Notes: a model not told the origin generated them from the sequence alone. A stretch of 64,000 bases of DNA from Octopus sinensis (GCF_006345805.1 NC_043020.1:3348001-3412000); one strand, 5' to 3'; shown: positions 26,587-39,894, counted from the stretch's first letter. Numbers and translations: made by a program.

Positions 26587-26982
26587 CTGAAAAATAGGAA
26601 TAAAGTTATGGTAGTAAAGCAATCAGACAGAACGCTTAGAGGCATTTCTTCCAGTTTTATTATGGTTAGGGTTCAAATCCAGCCAAAGTCAACCTTACCT
26701 TTTATCCCTTCAGGATTGATAAAATGAAGAACCAGACAAGTACCGAGGTCAATGTAATCACCTTATCCGCTAGGTACAAGGTGAGAGGGAATAAGTGGGG
26801 CAGGTGTACAAGGAGTATGTGGGAGGAGTAGGGGATGTCTAATACAGGGCAGCAGAATAAAGATGATACAGTAAACAGGAGCAGGGGGGGGGTATTAGTC
26901 CTGTTATAATTGTGATACATGGACACATATATTGTCATAGATGATAAGAAAAAAGTAAAATAAATAACACAAAAATGTTTAC

Positions 26983-27143
26983 CTTATATGTGATTGGCGT
27001 GTGTGGATCATCAACCTGGAACTGTGATAGGAATCCAGAATCTTTGCTCCAAAACAGTCGGATGTCTGGAATTTGGTAGAGACACATGGCAAGACGTTCT
27101 AGCCCAAGACCAAATGCCCAGCCCACTTGAGAGCCAGCTCCAG
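26983..27143 (-). CDS. FARS2: FARS2 exon 5
   Basis: [26 protein letters not shown] (class II aaRS motif 3). TTCAG acceptor, AAG|GTAAAC donor. Confidence 0.97.
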
Positions 27144-28617
27144 CTGAAACAGATAAATATATATTCAACATGTAGTGGCAATGGAAGGGATCGTATCAGA
27201 GGACATATTTGAGTTCTAGGGTTTCTGCATCAGTTTAATACTGATTTCCAGCTAAGGGGGTACGAGGCTAAATATTGTGTGGAAGGAGAAGAGATGCTCA
27301 AAGTTCAAAATCTTTGACTTTCATCGTTCTGGAGGTTGATAACATAAAATACCAGTCAAGCGCTAGATACAGATTCCAATAACGCGATGAAGGAGGATGA
27401 GGAGGTATTGAAAAAAAACAACAAAATATTTAATTTTAAAAAGGCTAAGAAAGAACAAGATTCGAATTTGAAATCTAGAGGAAGGCAACTAAATATTGTT
27501 TTCAACTTTTGGGACAAGGACAGCAGTTTGGGGGGCAAGGGGCAAGTCGATTACATCGATCCCAGGGTTCAAATCGTATTTATTTGATCAACCCTGAAAG
27601 AATGAAAGGCAAAGTCGACCTTGACGGAATTTGAACTCAGAACGTAAAGACGGACAAAATGCCACAAAGCATTCTGTCCGATATGGTAACGATTCTTCTA
27701 GCTCGCTGCCTCGAGGCAATTAAATATTGTAATGCATTTAATCTTACTGTTTTAATAATTTGTAACGGTTCAAACTAATTCTTGCTAAAAATTTAAATAA
27801 TCAAAACTATTGTAAGAGTTGTCTCCCATACTCCGTCACAGACTCGGAATAACGATTAATGATTGTATTTTTTCTTGTTTGTTAGTTTGGTTGTTTGTGT
27901 GTATTCCCCATCTTAAAAATGTTAAAATCAACTTATATAAACATTAACCATGCTAACCAATGCCAGTTGTTGGTACCAGACATACTTGAGAAAGCCTCAA
28001 AATGTCACAGTCATTTTAGCTAAGATCTTTCTTCTCAGCCCTGAAGGAGTCCCGAGTGTCTCTTGCTTTGCTTCAGATGTTATGGAGTAAATATATATGC
28101 GAGACAGGTCTGTCTCTGAAAATGACACAATGTTACATAACATTCCCAGAGGATATCTACAATCTGTCCACAACAGCTGTGTGTCCTACATAGAAATATA
28201 ATGAAATAGTTGTAGTGAATTTGAACTCCAAATCTAGGAGTTGCTAGAATGTAAACATGCCTTGTTTTCATGTTTACAAGCCTTCTGTAGAGTATTAGAT
28301 TGACCAGCCCAATACTTATTTTATCGACCTTGAACTAGCAAAAGAGAAAGTGGGCTTGTGTAGGATTTGAACACAGAATGCAAGGAGACGAAACCAAATT
28401 TACTGGTTTCTATCTGTGAAATTCAATTCCCAAGCTTTTGGCTAAATTAAAACTAGAGTAGAAGATAGCTCCAAAGGTGCTGTGGAGCAGGGATGAAACT
28501 GGACCCATAGAATTAGTGCAGACATCCTAACCATAGAACCCCCATCTGAACACATAACAAAATGGAAAACGAAAATTAAGAAGTCAAATTTTGAAGCATT
28601 CAATTCTTTGGTTTTAC

Positions 28618-28749
28618 CTGTGTGTAATATTTCTTGTTCAATGATTCCACATCCGAGCAATTCCATCCATTTGTCTTCGTATTTAATTTCAAGCTCCCAA
28701 GATGGATGTGTAAAAGGGAAATAAGCAGGAACCCATCGGACTTCAATAT
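28618..28749 (-). CDS. FARS2: FARS2 exon 4
   Basis: IEVRWVPAYFPFTHPSWELEI..WMELLGCG (PheRS motif). TTAG acceptor, G|GTAAAA donor, phases consistent. Confidence 0.97.
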
Positions 28750-29963
28750 CTAAACATAAAAGCAAATAAGAAAAATTGAAAGAAAAACTGCAAAAGAATA
28801 AACCTTTGAGCAATCTTTGACAGGAATTCAAAATTTGGTATTTTTTTTCCTTTCTTCCACCCTAAAATAATTTATTTATTCGAAGAACTCAGAGGAGACA
28901 GAGCAGTCTCACTGCCCCAAGATTTTTTATCATAGCCTCTGAGATTGACAGGAAGAAGTTATCCTAAAACTAGAGACCTCATTCAAAAAATTCCAATAGA
29001 GTAGTTTCAAAATTTAGGTTGCAGGAGTCATCAAAAGAGAAAGCCTTGAAGCAGTGGGCATTCTCTCCTGATAACCCCGGAAACCTATTATTGTGGAGCA
29101 GTGAAGAATTAAATCTATTATCCAAAAACAGGATTCTGTCTAAGAATTTTCACTCATAAAGCTTTGGTCAATCCAAAAGCTATGGTCAAATACACTCCCA
29201 CAAGATACCAATTTAGTTGAATAACTAATTGAGCTGGAGAACTGAACTGAACCCTTGCCTTCTGATAGATGTTTCAGCCCCAGCCAACAAAAAGAACAAA
29301 GTTTGGGAAATTTAATGGAGAAATTAGGATTGTCATGACAGTAGAACATGGTCAGAAAACTGCTTTACTGAGAACTGCAAAGATCTTCAGATTAGTACAT
29401 GGGTGTTAAGTATTGTAGAAAGAGACCCTGTGAGACCTTTGAGAAAAGGTTGTCATGCGCTCTTACAGAATCAGCCAGAACAAATGAAACTGAGAGATCT
29501 GAGAAGTGAAATATACAAACTGTAATAATAATAATAATAATATTTTCTATTACAGGCACAAGGCCTGAAATCTTGGTGGGGAAGGAGCTACTTAATTACA
29601 TCAAACCTAGGGCTTACCTGGTTCTTATTTCATCAACCCCAAAAGAACGAAAAGCAAAGTCAACCTCAGTGGAATTTGGGCCCAGAACATAGAGGTAGAC
29701 CAAATGCCACTAAGCATTTTGTCTGGTATACTAATGATTCTGCTAGGTTGATTGGAACCAATGTGTCCAAAGACTGCATCAAGCTCCAATATCTACTTTG
29801 GAGTGGTTTTTAAGTTGAATGCCCTTTCTAACACCAACCACCTTAATGACAATAGTGGTTTTTAATACAGGTAGAAGGCCTGAAATTTTAATGGAAGGGG
29901 TTCAATGAAGTTTTTTTGCTTTGATTAAAACATACTTTCATATGTATTATAAAACCTACTTAC

Positions 29964-30114
29964 TGGTACCAAATAAATGGATGGCTAAGTTTAGCAAGCA
30001 ATTCTTCAAGTCTTCTTCTATTAGGTTGATCACTTCCCTTCTGTGATAGGCTTGTTTGTCGTCCAATCTTTCCCCTTCCTCAAAGAGACACTGGCTGCTG
30101 TCATTCTGAAACAA
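29964..30114 (-). CDS. FARS2: FARS2 exon 3
   Basis: CAG acceptor, LFQNDSSQCLFEEGERLDDKQAYHRREVINLIEEDLKNCLLNLAIHLFGT, donor A|GTAAGT. Matches the human LFE..KQETH..DLKQTL..LFG segment. Confidence 0.93.
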
Positions 30115-30329
30115 CTGGAACAAACAAAAGAGGACACACAACGTTAAGGAAACACTGGAAAGAGATAGAAAAGTTATTGCATTCCAACACACACACACAC
30201 ACACACTTCAGGTGTGTCTGCATCACCTACTTATATTGTTTAGCTTTAGGACAACCCTCAAAGTGAGACTTGGAAGGGCAGTAAGAACAGGTAAAAATAC
30301 TAAATGTATTCCATCAAAGGTGACTCAGA

Positions 30330-30672
30330 AAGACCCTAAAGGTCAACTGGTGCCACAGTGTCACACCTGAGAAGATTCTAAGAAGAGGAAGGTTATAAGC
30401 ACTGCAAGAGATTGTAGCAGAATGCTGATTCCACCTGGCTAGCAACATTCTCAGTCTAGTCAGTCAATGGCACTTGGAAACTACTTTGACTTGGACACAG
30501 CTGGTCAGCCAGCATAAAAAAGGAGCAGGGTAGATCCCTTGGTAGTCGACATTTCAAGATGACCTGAAGACAGTCAACATTACATGGAATGGACATGCAA
30601 GAGTAGCAACTGACCCGAGCCTGGTGGAGCAAACAGGTTGCATAATGTGTTGAACAGCAGAGGAGGACCTAA
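30330..30672 (+). mobile_element. RTE-type LINE 3' ORF remnant in FARS2 intron 2
   Basis: Degenerate LDWT..G...GRP...QDDLKTVNITW..ATDRAWW motif. Confidence 0.55.
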
Positions 30673-30698
30673 AATCTCTGAAGGGACATTCTACTTAC

Positions 30699-31263
30699 CG
30701 TGTGTTGTGTAAAGAGTCGAACTCCTTCAACTTGATGAAAAACTGGAAAATGAGTTTGGTCAATAGAATCACGGCGATAAACATCACCAATCACTAGAAA
30801 AGCATCCAATCCAGATCGTATAAGATCACATTGATGGGCCGATGTGTGGGCTCTGAGCATCAAGTTGGAATTAATATAGTAACTGTCACTGACTTTTCGG
30901 CTCACATGGTCAGTGGGAACCAAAAGACTGTCAAAATTTTGCCATGTGGTGACCACAGGACTAAGGTTGTCGTAGACTGAAAATAAAGGGTTCCCTCGTG
31001 AGTTTCTAAAATAGTTGTATGTAAATGACTGTATTCTCTGACGAATTAAGTTAAGTGGGTGGTGCTTCTTGTTGTGAAGGTTCTCTCCAAGTTTTGAAAC
31101 TATACTTTCACTAATGTTAGTAACTGAGTCTCTGGGATAATGCTTATCCAAGACGGAAATGGATTTATTGTCTGTGTGTTGCTTACTGTTAAATACACAT
31201 GAACTTGTGAATCGTCGTGACAAAGAACATTTCGAACGCCAGCGAAATAAACATAGCGAATAC
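30699..31263 (-). CDS. FARS2: FARS2 exon 2, mitochondrial phenylalanyl-tRNA synthetase catalytic core
   Basis: TTTCAG acceptor. Motifs [66 protein letters not shown]. Donor ACG|GTAAGT. Confidence 0.97.
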
Positions 31264-34178
31264 CTGAAATGAGAAAAAGTAAATATTTTTGGAATCAAGC
31301 TTTTTAAAAACGGTTTCCAAAACAAATTGTGTGTAATAAAGTCAAGTAATATAGAATAAATAAAGATTTCAAATGTTAGCACAAGGCCAGCAATTTAGGG
31401 GGAAAGGGTAAGTGCTCAACTGGTACTTATTTTATTGACTCTGAAAGGATAAAAGGAAGGTCAAGCTTAGTGAAATTTGAACTCAGAAGGTAGAGATGGA
31501 CGAAATACTGTTACGTCCAATGTGCTAATGATTCTGCCAGCTTAACACCTTATAAGGAGTAAATAATAATTTCGAAGTTACAGTCACAAATTTGTGAGGA
31601 AGTAATTAATTAAATTAAACCTTAGTACTTGCTGGTATTTATATTTTACTGAACTTGGAAGGATGAAAGTAAAAATTGACTTTGAAATCAGATGGTAAAA
31701 AACCAGAACAAATACTTATTTCTTTACTGCCCACAAGGGGCTAAACATAGATGGGACAAACAAGGACAGACAAAGGGATTAAGTCGATTACATCGACCCC
31801 AGTGTGTAACTGGTAGTTATTTAATCAACCCTGAAAGGATGAAAGGCAAAGTTGACCTCGGCGGAATTTGAACTCAGAACGTAGCGACAGACGAAATACT
31901 GCAAAGAATTTTGTCTGGCATTCTGTCTCCCTTTAGTTTTTGTCATAAATAGAAGATGGCATTTTGGATATAATGCTTTATGGCGTTTGTCCAGCCTCCC
32001 TGTTTGGAGGGTGGGTTTTCTGCTAGTATAAATAATGTTAGAAGACATTCATATTACAGTGTGGTTTTCCTGAAGAACGATGATGGCATTGATAATGAAG
32101 ACAGAAAAGGTAAAATTAATTTAAGGGGGACTTGAACTCACTTGAAGTGGCATAACCCACCATTGCAGGTCATTTGGTGAACCTGCAGGCACTGGTGCCA
32201 CATAAATAACACCCATACTGACACCATGTAAAAGGCACCTGTACCAGTGCCACATATAAAGCACCTGTACTGGTGCCATATAGAAAGCACACCACGTTAG
32301 GAGCAGCCATGCTGGCGTCACATAAAAAGCAAACTCATGCCTGCACTACACAGAAAAGCAGTGTTCCAGCACCATGGAAAAAGCAGCCAGTACACTCTGT
32401 AAAGGGGTTGGCGTTAGGAAGGGTGTCCAACTATCGAAACCAAGCTGAAACAGAAGACCGGGGTCTGGCACAGCCTTCTGGCTTGCAAGCTCCTGTCAAA
32501 CCATCCAACCCATGCCAGCATGGAAAATAGATGTTAATCCTTTTGTTACCATATTTCTGTAAACATACGCTGCCATTGTGTCAATAAGTTTTTAATATAA
32601 TAAAGAATTTAGTAAAATAGCTTTTTCATTATTAAGATGGCGTCTGGAAAAAAAATAGCATAAAATTTTGAAAGATTATAATTGAGACCACTTTAAAGCA
32701 ATAAATTTACATCAAAGAACCTTGGACAGTCTCAGGCGGTTTAGTATGAAAAGGGTTAAATAATAATGCTGTTGCTGCTGCTGATGATTACTAAGATTTA
32801 CATGAACTGGAAGAAAAGCTACAAGAAACCCGTCCAGCCTACATTTTATTAAGACTATTGTCTATGGCTTTACACTGCACTCTCCATCACATAGTTGTTG
32901 ATTGAATTGTCACAAACAAAGGTCTGCTCACAATTGAACCCATTGTATTGACATGTATGCCAGAGAGACCGATAATGCGGCTCTGTGCTTTTAAGGAGTG
33001 ATGTGAACCAACGTCGACATAACACAGGCGGGCCCCACTCGACTTGGTCTCCTCAGAACTTACAGTAAATAAGTATTTTTTATTGATACTTTCTACAAAA
33101 CCCTTTCAGGTAGTGCACATCAGGTTATAAAGTAAAAATAAACCCAACAACTAGGCGGAGGGCAATATTTCACGGACCTCGACTTATCCTCGAACATTTT
33201 AATGATGTAGATTACAATTTTACAATTATGCCGAAAAACAAACTTTTGGAGACTATTTCAGCCTTCCCTTCCGGAATTTGTTAAATGAGTATTTTTCAGA
33301 GAAACCGGTATAATTTGAAAACAAATATAATGAACAAATTCCAAAAGGGAAAAGGTGGAATAGTCCAAAGGGAAAGTTTTGTTTTTTCTTTTTATTCTTC
33401 GTAATTGTAATCTATATCATCATAATGTAAGAGGAAACAAAGTCGAAGCGTGTAAGTTATCCGAAACTCCGCCTATAAAAATCTGAAGAGATTTGAACAA
33501 CAAATTTCAGTATAATCGTAATCCACACCATCTAAAACGTATTTGTAGAAAATTTCGTTAAAAAATATCCATTTTTCAGAAGGTTATGAGCAAACGAAAT
33601 GAATGGGGCCCAGTTGCGTAGAGTCGACCTTGGCGGATTTTAACCGGAACGGAAAGGAGTTGTAAAGAAGATTCTGCAAAGCATTTCGTCTTTCTGTCGT
33701 TGATTCCATCCTTCTGTTTTTTTTAATAATAATTTGTAATGGATAATTTCAGTGCTTCTCAACCAGGGGTCCGCAAAGGTAGTACTGACGGTCCGTGAAC
33801 GAAATTCAAAATTTCATAGATTTATATATATATATATATAAGGATAAGCATATTCAGAGGGTTCCGTGGGAAAACTCCTTTAAATAAAAGGGTTGGGAAC
33901 CAGTGGATTATTTCTAACTGAGATCCAAGACCAAAATTTGAGAGGCAAATATAGAATTTTATTATACTGTCGCAAGTACTCGACTGGAATTCAAACCCCG
34001 TTTCGTGGTCCGCGACCTCAACAGCTCCTTTATAGCATCCAGTGGCCAGCGATCCAGAGTTGACACTGGTTGGACGATATTAATAATTATTTATAAACAA
34101 ATGCAGCGTGGAAGGTGTTTCTAAGACATTTAAGAAACACACAAAACCCGTTCGATCCACTTCGACATTTAAATTTAA

Positions 34179-34229
34179 TTCGCCAAAATATTTTCGTCGC
34201 TTTCAGACCGCGACCTGATCACTGACAAA
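34179..34229 (-). ncRNA. Second G3:C8 hammerhead-like copy, in FARS2 intron 1 (sense)
   Basis: Stem I UUUGUCA/UGGCGAA, core GUGAUCA+G, stem II GUCGC/GCGAC, GAAA, stem III AAUAUU. Confidence 0.55.
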
Positions 34230-34289
34230 ACTCCGAGCTAAGTGCATCTCCCTAAAATATTGTATTGTTCAAATAAGAGCAAAGCTTAC

Positions 34290-34309
34290 CTATGCAGTAC
34301 AACAACCAT
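34290..34309 (-). CDS. FARS2: FARS2 coding exon 1 (MVVVLHR), start of the mitochondrial targeting sequence
   Basis: ATG GTT GTT GTA CTG CAT AG|GTAAGC. The phase-2 donor matches the phase of the acceptor at 31264 (AG+G = Arg). Confidence 0.75.
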
Positions 34310-34797
34310 GCTTTCGGTTTACCAAACTAATCAGCGGACAATAATACAAACAGTTCTCGAGTTAAATGTGAAAACGGCGGAGTCTTTGGGTCAGTGAACG
34401 ACGGAACAGGTACTCAGAAGAACGATGCTCGGCTAATTAGTTTTTATTTAAGGCTGTTTGTTTTACCGTTTTTTTAATGAAGATTTTCGGTTTTATAATT
34501 TTTTTAATAATAACAAATGAATTGGGGATTTTGTGAAAAAAGAAATTGTTATTATTCCGAAATAAAAACCAACCAGCTTCTCCCTAACTGGAATTTCTAA
34601 TTTCGATATGGGACGAAGTGTATAATTACATTGATTAATAAACGACAATTGCCTAATTAGCTGTAATGATTGATTATCGTCTTCTTTGTCTTTTCTAGAC
34701 AAGCTTTGTCAATGCTAGAGGTTAAACAGCTGCTTTTACCACGACCTTTCGGGTCTCACGACTGTATTAGTAGACATACACACACACACATGTGTGC

Positions 34798-34844
<47 letters not shown>

Positions 34845-35185
34845 TATGTATATATACACACATTCATATATATATATATATATATATATATGAGGGAAAC
34901 CACTATATGGACACCCTTATGCTAGAAATAGATCCGCTATGGGATCTATTTCTAGCAATTTTACTGAACCTTCAGTTTTTTTATATGCTAGACCACTGGT
35001 GTGAAATCGATGTTAATTAAATTAATATCTACTAATTTCTAGCCCTCATTTTAAATTTATATATATATATATAGCATTGATATATATATGATATACTTAT
35101 ATAAACAGGCATCCCCACGCGCGCACGGCCCAGTCGCGTGGTGAGTACCAAAAGCATCCTCACTTCCTGTGGAAAGCAGAGCAGA
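34310..35185. promoter_or_regulatory. Putative bidirectional promoter between FARS2 and LYRM4
   Basis: Divergent ATGs 876 nt apart. Locally CpG-enriched flanks. ETS-like CACTTCCTGT at 35161-35170 and GCGCGCAC at ~35119. Confidence 0.6.
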
Positions 35186-35268
35186 ATGTCTGCAACGAGG
35201 AATCGCGTTCTCACGTTGTACAAGAAAATGTTGAGGGAATCCCAAAAGTTTCAAACCTATAACTTTCG
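35186..35268 (+). CDS. LYRM4: LYRM4/ISD11 exon 1 (Fe-S cluster assembly LYR protein)
   Basis: MSATRNRVLTLYKKMLRESQKFQTYNFR, with an LYK motif and LRES.KF..YN.R as in ISD11. Donor CG|GTAAGT. Confidence 0.95.
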
Positions 35269-38119
35269 GTAAGTGAACATTCAATTAGTAGACAAACCCA
35301 TGACGCACTTACAGAAAATAATAATTAGGAAAACTTCTATTTTAGTTAATTAGTATTTGACCGTCCTAAGAACGAAAAGCGTGGTTTGGTATCAACAGGG
35401 TGAGACTGTTTATTTTGATTTGAAAGTTACTCGAGTCTTTAATAAATATTTAATACCGAAGCTGTTTTTATTGTAATCTAATTGCCTTCGGTTATTAATT
35501 CCACTTTTAATTTATAATTATCAGAAATAAATTACTTCAATCGATGCAGCATCTGTTCTGCTCGAAATAGTTTACATGTGTTCTTACGTAATTACTTAAT
35601 TAATTAGGTTTCTTGTTGATGTGGTTGTTTTAAGTAGGACCACGGTTATCTTGTACAGCTTTCATCTTACAAGACGAGGGGTTTGTGCTCTGAAGGAGAT
35701 TTGACTACCAATTCTGTAAAGTGGGGTTAAAGCGTAGGGCCTCCTCGGAGAATCATTGGCACTTGTACCATTTATTTGATATAAATAAGTTTGTGTCACT
35801 TGCCCATTCTCAATTTATAAGACATCCAGTTTTTAAAATATCTATGTTCTTGCGAAATTTTAATTTCTAACGAGAGCCGGTTTATTTCTATCAGTTAATA
35901 ATCATTTCTTTTGTTAAGACCAACATTAAAAGGGAAAGATCGATCGGAGTCCTGGCACTTAATGGATCGATCCCTGCATCCTGCACTATTTTTAACTCAG
36001 AACTGAGACGGACGAAACCTGAAAAACATGTAAAAGTTCAGGCGATGCTGGCCCTCTCTAATAAATAACAAGGAGTTTTTACTGTGACATGAGGTCACAC
36101 AGCCCCTCTTTCTCTCTGATCGAGCTATTATCGAATACGTCCCAGCTTTGACTATCTTATCTTTAAAAAAATCTTTTACTTGTTTCAATCATTGGGTTGT
36201 GGCCATGCAGGGGCACCTCTTTGAAACAGATCGACTCCCAGTACTTATTTTTAAAAATCAGATACGTATTTTATCGGCCTCTGTTATTGAATCTCTAAGT
36301 TGCTGGTACGTAAACAAACCAACACCGTATGTCTAGCTGTAGGAGAAACACACACACTCACACGTGTATGTATTTGGTATATAATTAGAACAGTGATAAT
36401 GTGACATTTAAGATATGAATTCATAAAAACATATAAATTTCATTTATTCACATATTTTTAAGGAAACGAAGACTGATATTTCGACCAGCGCAAATGGAAA
36501 CTAACTTGCTTTAACTTCTGCATCGTATCTTCAGAGGGTTAAAACAAGCTGCTTCTAAGATATCCCTTGTTCATTCGTGATATCCCATTGTTCCTACCAT
36601 TGTCAGATATTTTTTTTCTTTTTAATCCGCAGTATTCAAAATATCGAAGGGTACCCTTTGTATAGGATCAAACTGTCTGCTTGCAGTAATATAAATTATA
36701 AATGGAAATGAATTTCAAAGGCGTTTTCGAATTAACTGGTTACAATACCGAGGTACCTTGAATCTGGGGCACCTTAACTATCTACAAGGGTTAAAAATAG
36801 AACATGCCAGCAAAGGTCATGACCTAGATGCGGCCCGCCCACGAGAGTTCCGGACCCCAGTAATGTACTCATTTGCATACAGCCAGTCAGAGCTCACCGT
36901 GACCTTGTCAAGTTAACAAATACACCCTACCAAATAAACTCAGGACAAAGAATGGTGGTGTCGCCAAGTTTTGCCTGATTTTAGAAGGAGACAAGTCATT
37001 AGATAGATTTGCATCTATATCTGTTATCAGATTTTGTTAGGGCCCCATATGGTAAAGATATGGACGGGGGGGGGATATGGGTAGAGAGTGATGGACTAGC
37101 AACCCTCTGCCCTTACTGTTTTAGAAAGTAAACAACAAAAGGAAAAAATACTGAGAGGCAGCCATGGTTGGATCAAGAACAAGAACAACAAGCATTATCG
37201 AAAGAGAAAAGAAGCATGGTCATTCCTGACCCAAATGACCTTTTCTTATCGCCCATCATTTGTTGTGCGCTCATAAATTAGTTTGTTAGTTGAGCTCTGA
37301 TTGGCTGTATGCAAATGAGTTCGTAACTGGGGTCTGGAACTCTCGTGGGAAAAAAAAATCCAAATCAATATATGGAATTCTTATCCCTACAGTTGTTATG
37401 TATCACAAACTCACGCACACAACTGCGTCATATTTGTTTATATGTATACATTCATAACGGTTTTGTGTATATATATGCATCATTTGATTTGATCTGATCT
37501 AGTTTCAGCTCATGAGCTGTGGCCATGCTGTGGCACTGCCAGTTGATGTTGCTACATAATTTTACTTCACTAATTCTTTTTAGAAATTGACATTTGGTGC
37601 ATGAGGGAATTTCATGCCTCTGCCCCTTATCTGCACCTTCTGCTGTGAAATTGGTTCATCTGCGATACTTGAGAGTAAGAGGTCCAGTTTCATTTTGATG
37701 ACACCTACATCCACCCCATGCATTTTTTGTTTAGCCAATGTCCTTTCCCAAGGCCCCATCATAAGACTGACCGGTCGAGTATTGAGAGATGCGAATAACA
37801 AAAACTAGGTTATTTGTGCCAATAAGAGAGTTTCGTTGTAGCCCCTTAACCTGCTAAAAATAGCAACCAAATCACCACTTACTGAATTAGAAAGGAAGGA
37901 CAAATTGAATGATGTGGTATTAGGCATATTGTGACTTAGGAAGGAGATGAAATGGCCATTCATTTATGGAATGCTTTTGGCTAAATGTCAGAAATTGTAG
38001 CAGGTGTTGCCTTTGTGTTTATGCTTGAATGAATATGACACGGTTGTGAAAAAAGGACGATGAATTAAAAGTATAATTTGTGACTCTGTCTTTTCTCTTT
38101 TTTGCTTCTGTTTCCACAG

Positions 38120-38240
38120 AATGTATGCATTACGTAGAACTAAGGACGCTTTCCGAGAGAATATATCAGAAACGGAGACTTCAAAAGTAGAGAAACTCAT
38201 AGAAAAAGCAGAAGCCAATCTGCAAGTCCTGCAAAGACAG
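38120..38240 (+). CDS. LYRM4: LYRM4 exon 2
   Basis: CACAG acceptor, MYALRRTKDAFRENISETETSKVEKLIEKAEANLQVLQRQ, donor CAG|GTTGGT. Confidence 0.95.
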
Positions 38241-38329
38241 GTTGGTGTTTGTTTGCATTTATGTTTCACCTGAGAACAGGCAATACCTTGAGGAACCCTT
38301 CTACACCAGTGTCTCTCACCCTCTCAGTA

Positions 38330-38950
38330 CCAGCTAACTTTTCCGCTCTGTTGTGTGCATTTGGTTGCTTTACATGCGCAGGATGGCACTGCTAGAATAA
38401 CTAAGCCACAGTTCAGAGATTTCTTTGTAAATGGAGTCTTAGAACTGGAAGTTGGTGCTGTTCATTATAATAGTCAACAGTTTGGGAATATCTGAGTTGT
38501 AAGTCCAAAGTAGTTACGGTGATGAGAGAAGATTATACTGATTAACTAGAGGGATGAGGTTAAAGGTGTACAGGGAAACAATATTCAGACTAAAATAGTA
38601 GTTTTCTGAGAGGGGAAGGGTTGAGGTCTTTCAGAGTCTGTTGATGACTTGTGGAGCTTTCAACATTTTCTTGAGAAGGTTTGAAGTAGTGGTTTAGGAA
38701 TTTTTGGTAGGATCTATAAGATTTTATTGAAGGATCCATTAATACTGGTGACCAGTTAAATTTTTCAATTTGGTCCTGGTTTATGTGTTTTTATGAGATG
38801 ATAGCAGGTGGAGAGTTTCTAGCAATGAAGTTATGCTTAATCTTGTTCACATATATGCTATGGCTAATGATGCGCAGACATATACTGAGACTTGGCACCT
38901 GGATGTTAGCAAGCACTCTTTAAGAGATGAGGAATTATGTACATTATTTA
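38330..38950 (-). mobile_element. Decayed Penelope-like element (RT remnant plus terminal segment) in LYRM4 intron 2
   Basis: Frameshifted LNIVSLYT (cf. LDVxSLYT) and TNFQF.DSIYKEISE motifs. The terminal AATAATGTACATAATTCCTCATCTCTTAA is shared with 700-740. Confidence 0.6.
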
Positions 38951-39846
38951 AGTTATTTACAATTTTCGAAAACTAAAAGAAGCAACACAGGCAAAACACC
39001 ACTCAGCATTTCACCCAGTATACTAACAATCCTCTCAGCTTGCTGCCTTACATTGGACAAACTATTAGCAAAATTTTGTCGTTATGTTCTGTGTTCAGAT
39101 TCCAATAATGTAAACTTTGCCTTTCATCCTTTCAGGGTCAATAAAACAAGTACCAGTTGCATACTGGGGTCGATGCAATCATCTACTTCCCTCTCCTAAA
39201 ATTTCAGGCATTATGCCTACAATAGAAAGAATTATTATAATTATTCATTAAGTTAATGTAGCTAGCTGACAGAATCATTAGCCTGCCTGGCAAAATGCCT
39301 TCATCTATCCTTATCTTCTGAGTTCAAATTCCACTGAAGCCAACTTTGTCTTCCATCCTTTCAGGATCGATGTAATCAACTTAACCCCTCCCCCAAAATG
39401 TCGGGCCTTATGCCTGTAGTAGGAAAGATTATTATTCATTAAAGACGATGATGAAGATGTTTTGAGCCAGCAGAGTCGTCGTTGCTCCAGACAAAAACTG
39501 CTGAGTGTCATTTCTGCCAGCTTTTTACATTCTCAGCTCAAATACTCCCGACTTTCACTTTCACTCTTGTCGGGAAGATCAAATAAATATTTGTCGAGGA
39601 TTGGGGTTGATGCAATTGATTTCCTCCTTTCTTCAAAATTGCTAAATTTTGTGCCAAAATTTGAAAGCATTATTGTTTGCATTCATTCCATTAAATCTGG
39701 ATCCCTTGAGGGTTTATTCTATGCTTGGGTGTTTGTCCCGGCCCCTTTGTGTCCTGTCAAAATATAAATTCTACCAAATTTGAAAATGAAAAATTTTTTT
39801 TAAATCTCTTGTTTTAGATGTTTTCCCTTCTCAATTTCTCTTGCAG

Positions 39847-39894
39847 ACTGCCATTAATCACCTGTTTAGTGAAGGCAAGCTCGTTATTGAATGA
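39847..39894 (+). CDS. LYRM4: LYRM4 last exon
   Basis: TTGCAG acceptor, TAINHLFSEGKLVIE* (cf. human VHIGQLYSTDKLIIE). Total protein 83 aa. Confidence 0.9.
   Translation, partial: TAINHLFSEGKLVIE

Noticed and set aside
31264-31382. N-terminal 40 aa of the 237-aa ORF as the FARS2 start
   Set aside because: Intronic pyrimidine-rich sequence before a clear CAG acceptor; a phase-compatible ATG exon exists at 34290-34309.
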